Part shown: piece after piece, positions 27,151 to 36,830 of the stretch
Position numbering within the stretch: the stretch's first letter is position 1
How the letters are laid out: every line of letters starts with the position of its first letter
DNA from: Longimicrobiales bacterium
GTDB lineage: Bacteria > Gemmatimonadota > Gemmatimonadetes > Longimicrobiales > Gaopeijiaceae
NCBI GenBank assembly: GCA_965116905.1
Contig: OZ220732.1
Location: 2,080,001-2,144,000 of the forward strand
Direction: 5' to 3'
DNA: 64,000 nucleotides
Position numbers and translations under genes: made by a program
The notes under the pieces: generated by a model
The model's database searches: none
Seen by the model: only the letters and a program-made list of their open reading frames with translations
What the model was told of the DNA's origin: nothing

Positions 27151-28377
27151 ATGACTACAGCCACCGCCAGACCCACATCGTCCCTGACCGGCCGCTACCT
27201 CGACGAGGCGGAACGCTTCTCCGCGCACAACTATCACCCGCTGCCGGTGGTCCTGGACCGTGGCGAAGGCTCGTGGGTCTGGGATGTGGACGGCAATCGC
27301 TACCTTGACATGCTGAGCTCGTACTCCGCACTGAACCAGGGACACCGGCATCCCCTCGTCGTCAAGGCCGCGCGCGAGCAGCTGGACCGGCTCACCCTGA
27401 CCTCGCGCGCCTTTCACAACGATCAGATGGGCCCGTTCCTGAGGGAGCTCTGCGAGGCGTCGGGGTTCGATGCCGCCCTGCCGATGAACACCGGTGCCGA
27501 GGCCGTCGAAACCGCGATCAAGATGGTGCGCAAGTGGGGATACCAGGCCCGCGGCGTCCCGGACGGCCAGGCCGAGATCATCGTTTGCGAGGACAATTTC
27601 CACGGGCGAACGACGACGATTGTCGGATTCTCGTCCGAAGCGCAGTATCGGGAAGGATTCGGCCCGTTCACCCCCGGATTCAAGCTGGTGCCGTACGGCG
27701 ACGTGGACGCGCTGCGGCGGGCAATAGGGCCCAACACCGTCGGATTCATGGTCGAGCCCATCCAGGGCGAGGCGGGGGTGGTCGTCCCGCCCGACGGCTA
27801 CCTGCGCGAAACGGCGGCGATCTGCCGCGACAGCGGCGTGGCCTTCGTCGCCGATGAGATCCAGACGGGGCTGGGCCGCACGGGCCGGCTCTTCTGTTGT
27901 GACTGGGAGGACGTGCGGCCGGACGTGCTCGTCGTGGGCAAGGCGCTGGGCGGGGGAGTATACCCCGTGTCGGCGGTGATCGCGGACGCCGAGTTCATGG
28001 ACGTCTTCCGGCCCGGCGACCACGGCTCGACCTTCGGCGGCAACCCCCTGGGCGCGGCGGTGGGCAGGGCCTCGCTGCGAGTCATCCTCGACGAGGACCT
28101 GTCGCGGCGCTCCGACGAGCTCGGATCCTGGTTCATGGACCGTTTGCGTGCGATCGCCTCGCCCCACGTCGAGGAAGTGCGCGGCAAGGGACTGCTCATC
28201 GGCGTGGTGATCAAGGAGTCCTCGGGGACCGCGAGGCCCTTCTGCGAAGCGCTGCAGGAGCGCGGCATCCTCGCCAAGGAGACACACCACCAGATCGTCC
28301 GGTTCGCGCCGCCCCTCACGGTGGAGCGGGGCGACCTGGAAGCCGCGCTGACGGAGATCGAGGCGGTGCTTGGCTAA
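27151..28377 (+). CDS. rocD: Ornithine--oxo-acid aminotransferase
   Basis: AHNYHPLPVV, YSALNQGH, NTGAEAVE, NFHGRT, EPIQGEAG, DEIQTG, GKALGGG. Alternative start at 27142. Confidence 0.95.
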   Translation: MTTATARPTSSLTGRYLDEAERFSAHNYHPLPVVLDRGEGSWVWDVDGNRYLDMLSSYSALNQGHRHPLVVKAAREQLDRLTLTSRAFHNDQMGPFLRELCEASGFDAALPMNTGAEAVETAIKMVRKWGYQARGVPDGQAEIIVCEDNFHGRTTTIVGFSSEAQYREGFGPFTPGFKLVPYGDVDALRRAIGPNTVGFMVEPIQGEAGVVVPPDGYLRETAAICRDSGVAFVADEIQTGLGRTGRLFCCDWEDVRPDVLVVGKALGGGVYPVSAVIADAEFMDVFRPGDHGSTFGGNPLGAAVGRASLRVILDEDLSRRSDELGSWFMDRLRAIASPHVEEVRGKGLLIGVVIKESSGTARPFCEALQERGILAKETHHQIVRFAPPLTVERGDLEAALTEIEAVLG

Positions 28378-28455
28378 GTCAACTGGACTAAGTCAAGCCG
28401 GGTCAGGCACAACCAGGCAGGGACGCGCTGCGGCACGGGGTCAGCGGCGCGGGGG

Positions 28456-28746
28456 TCAGCTGTCCGGGGCCGCGATCGTGCCTTTCCTGGAGGTGTCGAT
28501 TTCTGCCGCCTCTCCCTCGCCGAACAGCACCGCGGCGATCTGCCCGTAGAGGAAGTCGCGCGACTCGGCCTTGCGCGGGTCGAGCCCGAAGTGGTTGATC
28601 AGCAGGGTCTGGTGCTGAAGCCAGTCCCGCCAGCAGCGTGCGCAGATCTCGCGCTGAATCCGCTCGCCGAGTTCGGATCGAAACGGTGGGCGAGGCAGCG
28701 CGGGGACCGGTTCTCCCGGGTGGTGGCGGCAATCGACGGTGTTCAC
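28456..28746 (-). CDS. Fe(II)-trafficking / oxidative damage protection protein (YggX family)
   Basis: C...PPF.SELGERI...C..CW.DWL.HQTLLIN..GLD; GTG start 6 nt after TGnTATCTT. Confidence 0.85.
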   Translation of the reverse strand: MNTVDCRHHPGEPVPALPRPPFRSELGERIQREICARCWRDWLQHQTLLINHFGLDPRKAESRDFLYGQIAAVLFGEGEAAEIDTSRKGTIAAPDS

Positions 28747-28752
28747 GCCGAC

Positions 28753-28761
28753 AAGATAACA
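28753..28761 (-). promoter_or_regulatory. Extended -10 promoter, leaderless yggX-like transcript
   Basis: Minus strand reads TG-t-TATCTT-gtcggc-GTG. Confidence 0.6.
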
Positions 28762-28813
28762 TCGCCGGCGCCGCGCACCGGCGGGCGCCGTCCGGGCGGT
28801 TTCGTCCACGGAC

Positions 28814-28822
28814 TGATAGATT
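28814..28822 (+). promoter_or_regulatory. Extended -10 promoter of the dksA-like gene
   Basis: TG-a-TAGATT, then GGAGG at about 28848. Confidence 0.5.
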
Positions 28823-28855
28823 TGCTCATGCATCGAGTGCAGGCAACGGAGGTAC

Positions 28856-29296
28856 ATGATGTCTTCAGCGAGAGTTCCCGAGACGAGATCCGCGGCGAAC
28901 GGCGAGGGCCCCCTGTTCAGCAAGGAACAGCTGGCGCACCTGGAGAAGAGGCTGCTGGAGGAACGGAGGAAGGCGCTCCGTGGCCTGGGCGTGTTCAACC
29001 AGGCGGCCAAGGAGGATCGGGGGGCCGTCGATTCTGACCTGGCGGCCTACACCGATCACATGGCCGATCAGGGAACCGAGGCGATGGAGCGCGAGAAGGC
29101 CGCCCTCTTCGCGACCAAGGAGGGGCGCTACCTGTACCGGCTTCAGGAGGCTCTTCGCCGCCTGTACCGCGACCCGGACAACTTCGGGCGCTGCCACGCC
29201 ACCGGGAAGCCGATCAGCTTCCAGCGCCTCGACGCGCTTCCTCACGCCCGCTACTGCATCGAGCACAAGCTGGAACTGGAGAAGGAAGGGGGCTGA
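28856..29296 (+). CDS. DksA/TraR family RNA polymerase-binding protein
   Basis: Coiled coil with DHMADQGT tip; ALRRL..NFGRC..TGKPI...RL.ALP.A..C. Confidence 0.88.
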   Translation: MMSSARVPETRSAANGEGPLFSKEQLAHLEKRLLEERRKALRGLGVFNQAAKEDRGAVDSDLAAYTDHMADQGTEAMEREKAALFATKEGRYLYRLQEALRRLYRDPDNFGRCHATGKPISFQRLDALPHARYCIEHKLELEKEGG

Positions 29297-29308
29297 CCCG
29301 CCCCCTGA

Positions 29309-30448
29309 TCACTGCATCGCCGCCAGCAGCTTCTCGCCGAGGACCTCCGCTTGCCACTCCCGCACGTCCTCCAGCGCGACGAGTTCACGCAGGTCTTGCG
29401 GGTTTGCGGCGGCCACGGTCCGCAGCACGTGGTTGGCCATGACACGGCCGCGGTCCAGCGTCAGATCCCCGGCCACCCGGTTGCGCGCGGCTTTCAGGCG
29501 CTCAAAGACGGCCTCCTCCTCCGGGGTCGGGCGCGCACGCCTCCTCGCCGGAGCAGGGTAGGGAGACAGTTCGGCGGCGGGGAGGCGGTCGACCTCCTCC
29601 AAAACACGCAGCAGTGACTTGCCCCTTCCGTGGGCGAGCCGGGCGGGGAATCCTCTCACGCGCGCCAGCTGGTGAACGGAGGTGGGAGGCCTGAGGACAA
29701 CTTCCAGCAGCACGGCGTCGGAAGCCACCCTGAACGGGGCGCGGTCCAGATCGCGCGCGACGTCGTCCCGCCAGCCGATGACGGCGCGGAGTGCGGTTAC
29801 GGCCCGCGGGCGCATGCGGCGTGCCTCCCGGAACCGCGTCACCGGATCGGCGGGCGGCTCCTCCGTTTCGGGCGCCGACGCACTGCGGACGAGCCACGCG
29901 CATTCCTCTTCGGCCCAGGACAAGCGACCCGCCTCCCTCAGCCGCTCGCCCAGAATCGCCGCCAGGCGGTGGAGGTAGCGCGTGTCACCCGCGGCGTATT
30001 CGACCATCTCGGCCGACAGCGGTCGCCGGGCCCAGTCCGCCTTCTGGAACTTCTTGGAGACCCGAATGCCCAGGTGCCTTTCGAGGAGCGCCTGCAGGCC
30101 CACCGCGGGTTCCCCGAGCAGACCGGCCGCCACCTGGGTGTCGACCAGGCGGGCCACGCGGATGTCCAGGTCACGGCGCAGCAGCCGGAGATCGTAGGCC
30201 GCGCCGTGCATCAGCACGCTTCGTTTCGGGTTCTCCAGAGCCTTCAGCGACGGCGTGAGATCGACCGCCAGGGGGTCCAGTACGAACGTTCGCTCAGGTG
30301 TCGAGAGCTGTACCAGGCAGAGCCGGTCCGAGTAGCGGTGGTAGCCCGCGGCCTCGCAGTCGACGGCGAGGGTGTCGGCGCCGGCGATGGCACGCTCCGC
30401 GCTGCGCGCCAGTTCGGGTGTGTCCACATAGGACGTAGCTCTCTGCAA
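29309..30448 (-). CDS. rnd: Ribonuclease D (3'-5' exonuclease plus HRDC); start uncertain
   Basis: AVDCE, LCLVQ, HGAAYDL, DTQVAA, DWARRPLS, YAAGD; two HRDC-like domains. Confidence 0.9.
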   Translation of the reverse strand: MQRATSYVDTPELARSAERAIAGADTLAVDCEAAGYHRYSDRLCLVQLSTPERTFVLDPLAVDLTPSLKALENPKRSVLMHGAAYDLRLLRRDLDIRVARLVDTQVAAGLLGEPAVGLQALLERHLGIRVSKKFQKADWARRPLSAEMVEYAAGDTRYLHRLAAILGERLREAGRLSWAEEECAWLVRSASAPETEEPPADPVTRFREARRMRPRAVTALRAVIGWRDDVARDLDRAPFRVASDAVLLEVVLRPPTSVHQLARVRGFPARLAHGRGKSLLRVLEEVDRLPAAELSPYPAPARRRARPTPEEEAVFERLKAARNRVAGDLTLDRGRVMANHVLRTVAAANPQDLRELVALEDVREWQAEVLGEKLLAAMQ

Positions 30449-30629
30449 GGTGTCGCGCGTCCGTTTTCGTCCGTTTCGGTACGTTTCGGTGAAACCGTCG
30501 CAAGTGGTCGGTCGCTCCAAACTAACCTAGCTTCACTCCCGGCGTTCCGTGTTCCGTGATTCGCCCGGATCACGATCGCGCCCGGATCTTCCAGGTCACA
30601 CGTCTGCCGGAGGGAGTGTGTTGTAACGG

Positions 30630-32048
30630 ATGCTGAGAACGAAAGTGGTCGCGACGATGGGACCGGCCAGTTCCACCCCGGAGGTCGTCACGGATCTCGT
30701 ACGCGCCGGAATGGACATCGCGCGGATCAACATGTCCCACGGCAACCACGAGCATCATCGGCGCGGCGTGCGCCTGGTCCGGGAGGCCGCGCGAACGGTC
30801 GGCCGCCCGGTCGCGATCCTGGCCGACCTGCAGGGGCCCAAGCTCCGGGTTGGGAGCCTCGAGGAGCCCATCACCCTGCGCGACGGCGACGTGGTGACGA
30901 TCGCGCCCGAGGGAGAGCAGTCGCCCGGCGAGATCCCGACGTCCTACACCCGGCTCGCCGAGGAAGTTTCGCGGGGCACGCAGGTGCTTCTCGACGACGG
31001 CCAGCTGGAGCTGGAGTGCATCAGGACCGACGGAGAGCGCGCGGTCTTCAAGGTGGTTCGGGGCGGGATCCTCCGTTCGCGCAAGGGCATCAATCTGCCG
31101 GGCATCGCCGTGAAGACCCCGGCGGTGACCGACAAGGACAGCCAGGATCTGGACTTCGCCCTCGAGATGGACGTCGAGTTCATCGGGCTGTCGTTTGTGC
31201 GCAACGTCAACGACGTGCTCGGACTGAAGGACCGGATCAAGGGCCGGGCATGGCTCGTCAGCAAGATCGAGAAGGCTCAGGCGCTCGACGAACTCGACGG
31301 AATCATGTCGTTCAGCGACGCCGTCATGGTGGCCCGGGGCGACCTCGGTGTGGAGTTGCCCTTCGCATCGGTGCCCCTTGCCCAGAAGCGCATCATACAG
31401 GCGGCGAACGGACACGGCTGCCCCGTCATCACGGCGACCCAGATGCTCGAGTCGATGACCATGTACCCGCGCCCGACAAGGGCCGAAACGTCCGATGTCG
31501 CCAACGCGATCATCGACGGAACCGACGCGGTGATGCTCTCGGGAGAGACCGCGGTCGGCAAGTTCCCCGTGAAGACCGTGGAGGTCATGGTCGGCATCGC
31601 GCGTGAAATCGAACGGAGCGGCGTCCTGGAGAAGGGGCCCCACTACCTGGACCAGATGGGACCCATCCGGCGTCGCGGAGCGTCGCCCCGGGAGCATGCG
31701 GTCGCGGCTTCGTCGGTCCGCGCGGCGCGGGACCTGGGCGCCCCGGCGATCATCGTGATCACCCGCAGCGGCTTCTCGGCCCGGCTGGTCGCGTCCTACC
31801 GTCCCCCCATCCCGGTCTTCTCGGTGTGCACCGACCGGAAGGTCCAACGCCAGCTCTCGGGGGTGTGGGGCGTGCGGCCGGTTTTGGCCGAGCGCGGCGA
31901 GATCACGTACCAGAACCTGACCGACTTCGGCAAGCGCGTCGTGCTCGGTTCCGGCATCGGCCGAACCGGCGATCCCGTGATCGTGACATCGGGCCTGCCA
32001 TTCCACTCACCCGGCTCGACCAATACCATGCGTATCGAGCAGCTGTAG
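30630..32048 (+). CDS. pyk: Pyruvate kinase
   Basis: RTKVVATMGP, DLQGPK, KIE, MVARGDLG, ATQMLESM, DAVMLSGETA. Confidence 0.97.
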   Translation: MLRTKVVATMGPASSTPEVVTDLVRAGMDIARINMSHGNHEHHRRGVRLVREAARTVGRPVAILADLQGPKLRVGSLEEPITLRDGDVVTIAPEGEQSPGEIPTSYTRLAEEVSRGTQVLLDDGQLELECIRTDGERAVFKVVRGGILRSRKGINLPGIAVKTPAVTDKDSQDLDFALEMDVEFIGLSFVRNVNDVLGLKDRIKGRAWLVSKIEKAQALDELDGIMSFSDAVMVARGDLGVELPFASVPLAQKRIIQAANGHGCPVITATQMLESMTMYPRPTRAETSDVANAIIDGTDAVMLSGETAVGKFPVKTVEVMVGIAREIERSGVLEKGPHYLDQMGPIRRRGASPREHAVAASSVRAARDLGAPAIIVITRSGFSARLVASYRPPIPVFSVCTDRKVQRQLSGVWGVRPVLAERGEITYQNLTDFGKRVVLGSGIGRTGDPVIVTSGLPFHSPGSTNTMRIEQL

Positions 32049-32103
32049 CAGTCCACGGGCTGCCGGCACGCGTCCATCCAGCGGCGGCGAGGGACCACCT
32101 CAA

Positions 32104-32898
32104 TTGCGCTTGACCTTTCTTGGCACCGGCACCTCCTTCGGCGTTCCCGTGATCGGGTGCAAATGCGCCAACTGCACGTCGTCCGATCCGCGCGACCGAC
32201 GCACCCGCCACGGAGCGCTGCTGACGCTGGACGGCGGCAACCTGCTCGTCGACACGCCGCCCGAACTGCGGCTCCAGCTGCTCGGCGCCGGCGTCGATCG
32301 TGTCCACGCGGTCTGGTTTACGCACCTCCACGCCGACCACGTTCACGGGATCGACGACGTGCGCGTCTTCTCCTCACGGGGCCGGGGCGCGGTCCCGACC
32401 TATCTGCCCGAGGAACTGCGGCCGGAGATGGAGTCGCGGTTCTCCTATATCTTCGACGACCGGGTCGAGGTGGCCAGGGGCACCAGCAAGCCGAAGCTCG
32501 AGATCCGGCCCTACGTGGAAAACTCCACGGTGGACGTGCTGGGCGCCGGGATCACGCCGTTCAGGGTGCCCCACGGCCCCGTCGACGCGTTCGGGTTCCG
32601 GGTGGGCTCGCTCGGGTACGTCACCGACGCCAAGCGCCTGCCGGCGGTGGCCCGGGGCATCCTCGACGGGGTGGAGACCCTCGTGCTGAACGCACTCTGG
32701 TGGGGCCGTCCGCACCCCACGCACTTCAACATCGAGGAGGCCGTGGAGGCTGCGCGCGACATCGGACCCCGCCGGACGTTTCTGACCCACCTCACCCATT
32801 TCGTCGGGTACCGCGAGCTGGCGGCGGCGCTCCCACCGGGGATCGAGCCCGCCTACGACGGTCTCGTCGTGGATCTGACCGGCGACTCGGGGGAATAG
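32104..32898 (+). CDS. MBL-fold metallo-hydrolase (PhnP-like)
   Basis: LGTGTS.GVP..GC.C..C, THLHADH, HPTH, THL, AYDG. Confidence 0.9.
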   Translation: MRLTFLGTGTSFGVPVIGCKCANCTSSDPRDRRTRHGALLTLDGGNLLVDTPPELRLQLLGAGVDRVHAVWFTHLHADHVHGIDDVRVFSSRGRGAVPTYLPEELRPEMESRFSYIFDDRVEVARGTSKPKLEIRPYVENSTVDVLGAGITPFRVPHGPVDAFGFRVGSLGYVTDAKRLPAVARGILDGVETLVLNALWWGRPHPTHFNIEEAVEAARDIGPRRTFLTHLTHFVGYRELAAALPPGIEPAYDGLVVDLTGDSGE

Positions 32899-32899
32899 C

Positions 32900-34291
32900 G
32901 TGTCCGCCCCGACGATCGACTTTGCCAACGTGGTGGCGGGCGTGATCCCGGGGACGGGACTCGATCCGGAACGCCTGCACGGCGACCTGGCCGCGCGCTT
33001 CCGGGACGCTCACGCGGCGGTCGCGGCGCGCCGGAGCGCCGGGGAAGCCGGCTTCTTCGATCTCCCCGCGGATCGCGAGCTCGCCGTTCGAACCAGAGCC
33101 GCCGCCGCTACGGTCGGCGGGCGCTTCGAGTCGCTGGTGGTCGTCGGGATCGGCGGGTCCGCGCTCGGAACCGCCGCGCTCCGGGATGCGCTGCTGCCTC
33201 CCTCCTGGAACGAGCTGGACGCGGCGTCGCGCGGCGGCCGTCCCCGGCTCCACCTCATGGACAACCCGGACCCCGGGACCGTCGCGGCGCTGCTCGGCCG
33301 CCTGGATCCCGAGACCACCTGCTTCAACGTGGTCAGCAAGTCCGGATCGACGGCCGAGACCCTGGCACAGTTCCTGGTCGCCTGGAACTGGGTGGAATCC
33401 GCGCTGGGGACCGGTGCCCTGCAGGAACGTTTCGTCGTGACGACGTCGCCCGGACGGGGCGTTCTCCGCAAGCTCGCCGACGACCACGGTCTTCGCGCGC
33501 TGGACGTGCCGCACGCCGTGGGCGGCCGGTTCTCGGTGCTGTCGCCCGTCGGGCTGTTCCCGGCGGGCGCAACGGGCATCGACACCGGCGCGCTGCTGGC
33601 CGGCGCCGGGGAGATGGCCGAGCGATGCGCGACCCCGGAGCTGCCGGGAAACCCGGCGGGCGTTCTCGCCACGCTGCTGCACGTCGCCGACACCGAAATG
33701 GGTTGCCGCGTGCACGTCTTCATGCCGTACGCCGACCGGCTGCGGGGGATGGCGTACTGGATCCAGCAACTCTGGGCCGAGTCGCTCGGGAAAACGGTCG
33801 ACCGCGCGGGACGTCTCGTCGAGAGCGGACCCACCCCTGTGCCGTTGTTCGGTGCCAACGACCAGCATTCGGTCCTGCAGCTGCTCATGGAGGGGCCCCG
33901 GGACAAGATCGTCGTCTTCCTCGCCGCGGAGGGGCCCGAGCGTGACGTGGGCATTCCGGAGCACCCCTCGGACGAGCCGGCCCTGGCCTGTCTGGGCGGC
34001 CACACGCTGTTCGGCCTCCTCGATGCCGAACGCCGCGCAACCGCGGAGGCGCTGAGGAGGGAGGGACGCCCGAACCTCACCGTGATGACGGAGCGAGTGG
34101 ACGCGCATGCCGTGGGAAGTCTGTTGATGCTCTTCCAGATCGCGGTCGTATATTCCGGTGAACTCTACGGTGTGAACCCGCTGGACCAGCCGGGGGTCGA
34201 GCTCGGGAAGGCGTTGACCTTCGGGTTGATGGGACGGGACGGGTATCCCCGGCCCGAAATGTCCGGGCCGCCAACGCGATGGCGTGTCTGA
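32900..34291 (+). CDS. pgi: Glucose-6-phosphate isomerase
   Basis: GIGGSALG, SKSGSTAET, GGRFS, QLWAESLGK, DQHS, DQPGVE.GK. Confidence 0.95.
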   Translation: MSAPTIDFANVVAGVIPGTGLDPERLHGDLAARFRDAHAAVAARRSAGEAGFFDLPADRELAVRTRAAAATVGGRFESLVVVGIGGSALGTAALRDALLPPSWNELDAASRGGRPRLHLMDNPDPGTVAALLGRLDPETTCFNVVSKSGSTAETLAQFLVAWNWVESALGTGALQERFVVTTSPGRGVLRKLADDHGLRALDVPHAVGGRFSVLSPVGLFPAGATGIDTGALLAGAGEMAERCATPELPGNPAGVLATLLHVADTEMGCRVHVFMPYADRLRGMAYWIQQLWAESLGKTVDRAGRLVESGPTPVPLFGANDQHSVLQLLMEGPRDKIVVFLAAEGPERDVGIPEHPSDEPALACLGGHTLFGLLDAERRATAEALRREGRPNLTVMTERVDAHAVGSLLMLFQIAVVYSGELYGVNPLDQPGVELGKALTFGLMGRDGYPRPEMSGPPTRWRV

Positions 34292-34328
34292 GCGCGATGG
34301 CGTGTCCGAGCGCGATGGCGTGTCCGAG
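34275..34328. repeat. Three 18-nt tandem repeats spanning the pgi stop codon
   Basis: CGCGATGGCGTGTC(T/C)GAG three times; the first copy contains the TGA. Confidence 0.92.
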
Positions 34329-34360
34329 GCGGCGCTGGTAGCTTAATTCAGGAGGCGAGG

Positions 34361-34768
34361 ATGAGTTCTGAAGAAGATCAACGCACTGTCATCATCGAGA
34401 AGGACCGCAGTCCCGAAATCGGGGCGTTTCTTGTCGGCGCGCTCATCGGGGCGGGGCTCGCGCTGCTGTTCGCTCCGGGCTCGGGCGCGGAAACCCAGCG
34501 GCGGATCCGGGAACAGGCCAGGAAGCTGAGGGAGCTTACGGAGGACCGTGTCCGGGGCTTGCGGGAGGACCTCGGAACGCGGATGGACTCCGCGAAAGGG
34601 GTGGTGGAGCAGGGACGGCACATGGCGGCGGAGGCGCGGGGGGAGCTGGAGGAGAAGCTGGAGCGGTCCAAGGCGGCCTACCGCGCGGGAATCGAGGCGG
34701 CTCGCGAGGAGTCGCGCCGCCAGCTTGCCGACGGTGATGGCCAGCAGGCGTCCGAGGGGGACGCCTGA
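34361..34768 (+). CDS. YtxH-domain protein
   Basis: FLVGALIGAGLALLFAPGSG.ET followed by an amphipathic helix; GGAGG SD. Confidence 0.9.
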   Translation: MSSEEDQRTVIIEKDRSPEIGAFLVGALIGAGLALLFAPGSGAETQRRIREQARKLRELTEDRVRGLREDLGTRMDSAKGVVEQGRHMAAEARGELEEKLERSKAAYRAGIEAAREESRRQLADGDGQQASEGDA

Positions 34769-34802
34769 CGCAAACCTTCCATATCCGGAGGAGCCCACCC
34801 AC

Positions 34803-35483
34803 GTGAAGATCTACCTGGACACCGCCAACCTCGAAGAGATCCGCGAAGCCGCCGGTTGGGGGATTCTGAGCGGCGTAACGACGAATCCCAGCCTGATGGC
34901 GAAGGAGACGGGAGCCGACTTCGAGGACACCATCCGGACCATTGCCGGACTCGTCGACGGCCCCATCAGCGCCGAGACGGTTTCCGAGGACGCCGACGGC
35001 ATGGTCGCCGAGGGCAGGGAGTACGCCAGCTGGCATCCCAACGTGATCATCAAGGTGCCGAGCACCCCGGCGGGGCTGCAGGCCGTTCACCGGCTGGGTC
35101 AGGAGGGCATCCGCTGCAACGTGACGCTGGTCTTCAACGCGAATCAGGCGCTGATGGCCGCGTTGGCGGGCGCGTTCGTGGTATCGCCGTTCATCGGGCG
35201 CGTCGACGACATGTCCCACGACGGGATGGAGCTCATCCGGGAGATCGCCGCCGTCTTCGAGCAGGACCCGGACATCCGGACGCAGATCCTCGCCGCGTCC
35301 ATTCGCCACCCCCGTCACGTGATCGACTCCGCTCTGGCCGGGGCCCACATCGCCACCTGCCCGTTCAAGGTTCTCCAGCAGGGCATGAAGCACCCCCTTA
35401 CCGACCGCGGGATGGCGAGCTTCATCGCCGACTGGAAGGCGCGAGAAGCGGCCATGGCGGTGATGGCGGGGGCAGGGGTCTGA
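34803..35483 (+). CDS. tal: Small (MipB/TalC-type) transaldolase
   Basis: DTAN, GVTTNPSL, SAE, IKVP, NVTLVF, SPFIGR, AASIR, HPLTD. Confidence 0.88.
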   Translation: MKIYLDTANLEEIREAAGWGILSGVTTNPSLMAKETGADFEDTIRTIAGLVDGPISAETVSEDADGMVAEGREYASWHPNVIIKVPSTPAGLQAVHRLGQEGIRCNVTLVFNANQALMAALAGAFVVSPFIGRVDDMSHDGMELIREIAAVFEQDPDIRTQILAASIRHPRHVIDSALAGAHIATCPFKVLQQGMKHPLTDRGMASFIADWKAREAAMAVMAGAGV

Positions 35484-35487
35484 TCTC

Positions 35488-35964
35488 TTGGGCGCGCCAC
35501 CGTCCGGTGGCTCGCGGCGCGTCGTTGCCCGCAACCGGAAGGCCCGGCACCAGTACGAGGTTCTGGATACCTGGGAAGCCGGGCTGGTGCTGTTGGGGAC
35601 CGAGGTGAAGTCCATTCGCGCGGGCAAGGTTGCGTTTCACGACGCGCACGCGCGAACACAGGCTGGCGAGATGTGGCTTCACAGCCTCCATGTGGCGCCC
35701 TGGGACGGCGGGAATCGCTGGAACCACGAGGAGACCCGCCCGCGCAAACTGCTGCTGCATCGAGGCGAGATCCGGCGAATCACCGCGCGGGCCGAGGAGA
35801 AGGGCCTCGCGATCGTCCCCCTGGACCTCTATTTCCGCCGGGGCAGGGCAAAGGTCACGCTGGCGCTTTGCCGCGGCAGAAAGCACCGCGACCGGCGAGA
35901 GGTGCTGCGGCGCAGGACCATGGAGCGCGAGGCGGAAAGAGCGATGAAGGAGCGCGGCCGTTGA
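35488..35964 (+). CDS. smpB: SsrA-binding protein
   Basis: NRKARH.Y, EAGLVL.GTEVKSIR, RKLLLH, D.RE. Confidence 0.95.
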   Translation: MGAPPSGGSRRVVARNRKARHQYEVLDTWEAGLVLLGTEVKSIRAGKVAFHDAHARTQAGEMWLHSLHVAPWDGGNRWNHEETRPRKLLLHRGEIRRITARAEEKGLAIVPLDLYFRRGRAKVTLALCRGRKHRDRREVLRRRTMEREAERAMKERGR

Positions 35965-36830
35965 GCCCGCCGCGCGACGTGTTCGGCATCCGCTTCGCCA
36001 ACCCCGTGCTCCTGGCCGCCGGCACCTGCGGTTTTGGCGAGCCGCTGGTGGATGTCCTGTCTCCGGACGAGGTCGGGGGGCTGGTGACCAAATCGGTCAC
36101 GCTCGAGCCGCGCCGTGGGAACGCTGCACCCCGCGTGGCCGAGTTCGAAGGGGGAATGCTCAACTCCGTCGGTCTCGCGAACCCCGGATTGGAGGGCGTG
36201 CGCGAACGGAAGCTGCCCTGGATGAGACGCCATCTCGGAGATCTGCCCGTGCTGGTTTCGGTCGCCGGGGCCACGGCGGACGAGTACGAAGCGGTTGTGG
36301 CGGGACTGGAGGAGGAGGACGGCTTCGTCGGATTCGAGCTCAACCTTTCCTGCCCCAACGACGCGCACCTGCATGGGACGCCGTTCTGTCTCGACGGCGA
36401 TGCGATGCGTGACGTGCTCGGTCGCGTGCGGCCGCGGACCGCGCGCCCTCTGCTGGTCAAGCTCGCGCCGAACGATCCCGACATCGGCGCGACCGCGGCC
36501 CTGGCCGTGGCGTGCGGTGCCGACGGCATCACGGCCATCAACACGTTGCCGGGACTGCTCGGCGACGCTGACGGGAACCCCCGGCTCGGGGCCGGTCAGG
36601 GCGGTGTGAGCGGCCCCGCGGTGCTCCCCGCCGGTCTGGCTGCGGTGCGACAGGTTGCGGACGCGGTGGACGTGCCGGTGGTCGGAGTGGGAGGGATACT
36701 CACGGGTGACGACGCGGCGACGTATCTCGCGGCAGGCGCCTCGCTCGTTCAGATCGGTACCGGGTCCTTCGCGGATCCGCGTTGCGCCCGCAGGGTCGCG
36801 CGTCAACTCGCGGTGCGGAGCTGGACCTAG
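35961..36830 (+). CDS. pyrD: Dihydroorotate dehydrogenase, class 1 catalytic subunit
   Basis: NPVLLAAGT, GNAAPR, LNSVGL.NPG, ELNLSCPN, VKLAP, INT, GGVSG. Confidence 0.92.
   Translation: MSPPRDVFGIRFANPVLLAAGTCGFGEPLVDVLSPDEVGGLVTKSVTLEPRRGNAAPRVAEFEGGMLNSVGLANPGLEGVRERKLPWMRRHLGDLPVLVSVAGATADEYEAVVAGLEEEDGFVGFELNLSCPNDAHLHGTPFCLDGDAMRDVLGRVRPRTARPLLVKLAPNDPDIGATAALAVACGADGITAINTLPGLLGDADGNPRLGAGQGGVSGPAVLPAGLAAVRQVADAVDVPVVGVGGILTGDDAATYLAAGASLVQIGTGSFADPRCARRVARQLAVRSWT

Noticed and set aside
35488..35964. tmRNA beside smpB
   Set aside because: Both flanks are coding with no intergenic room
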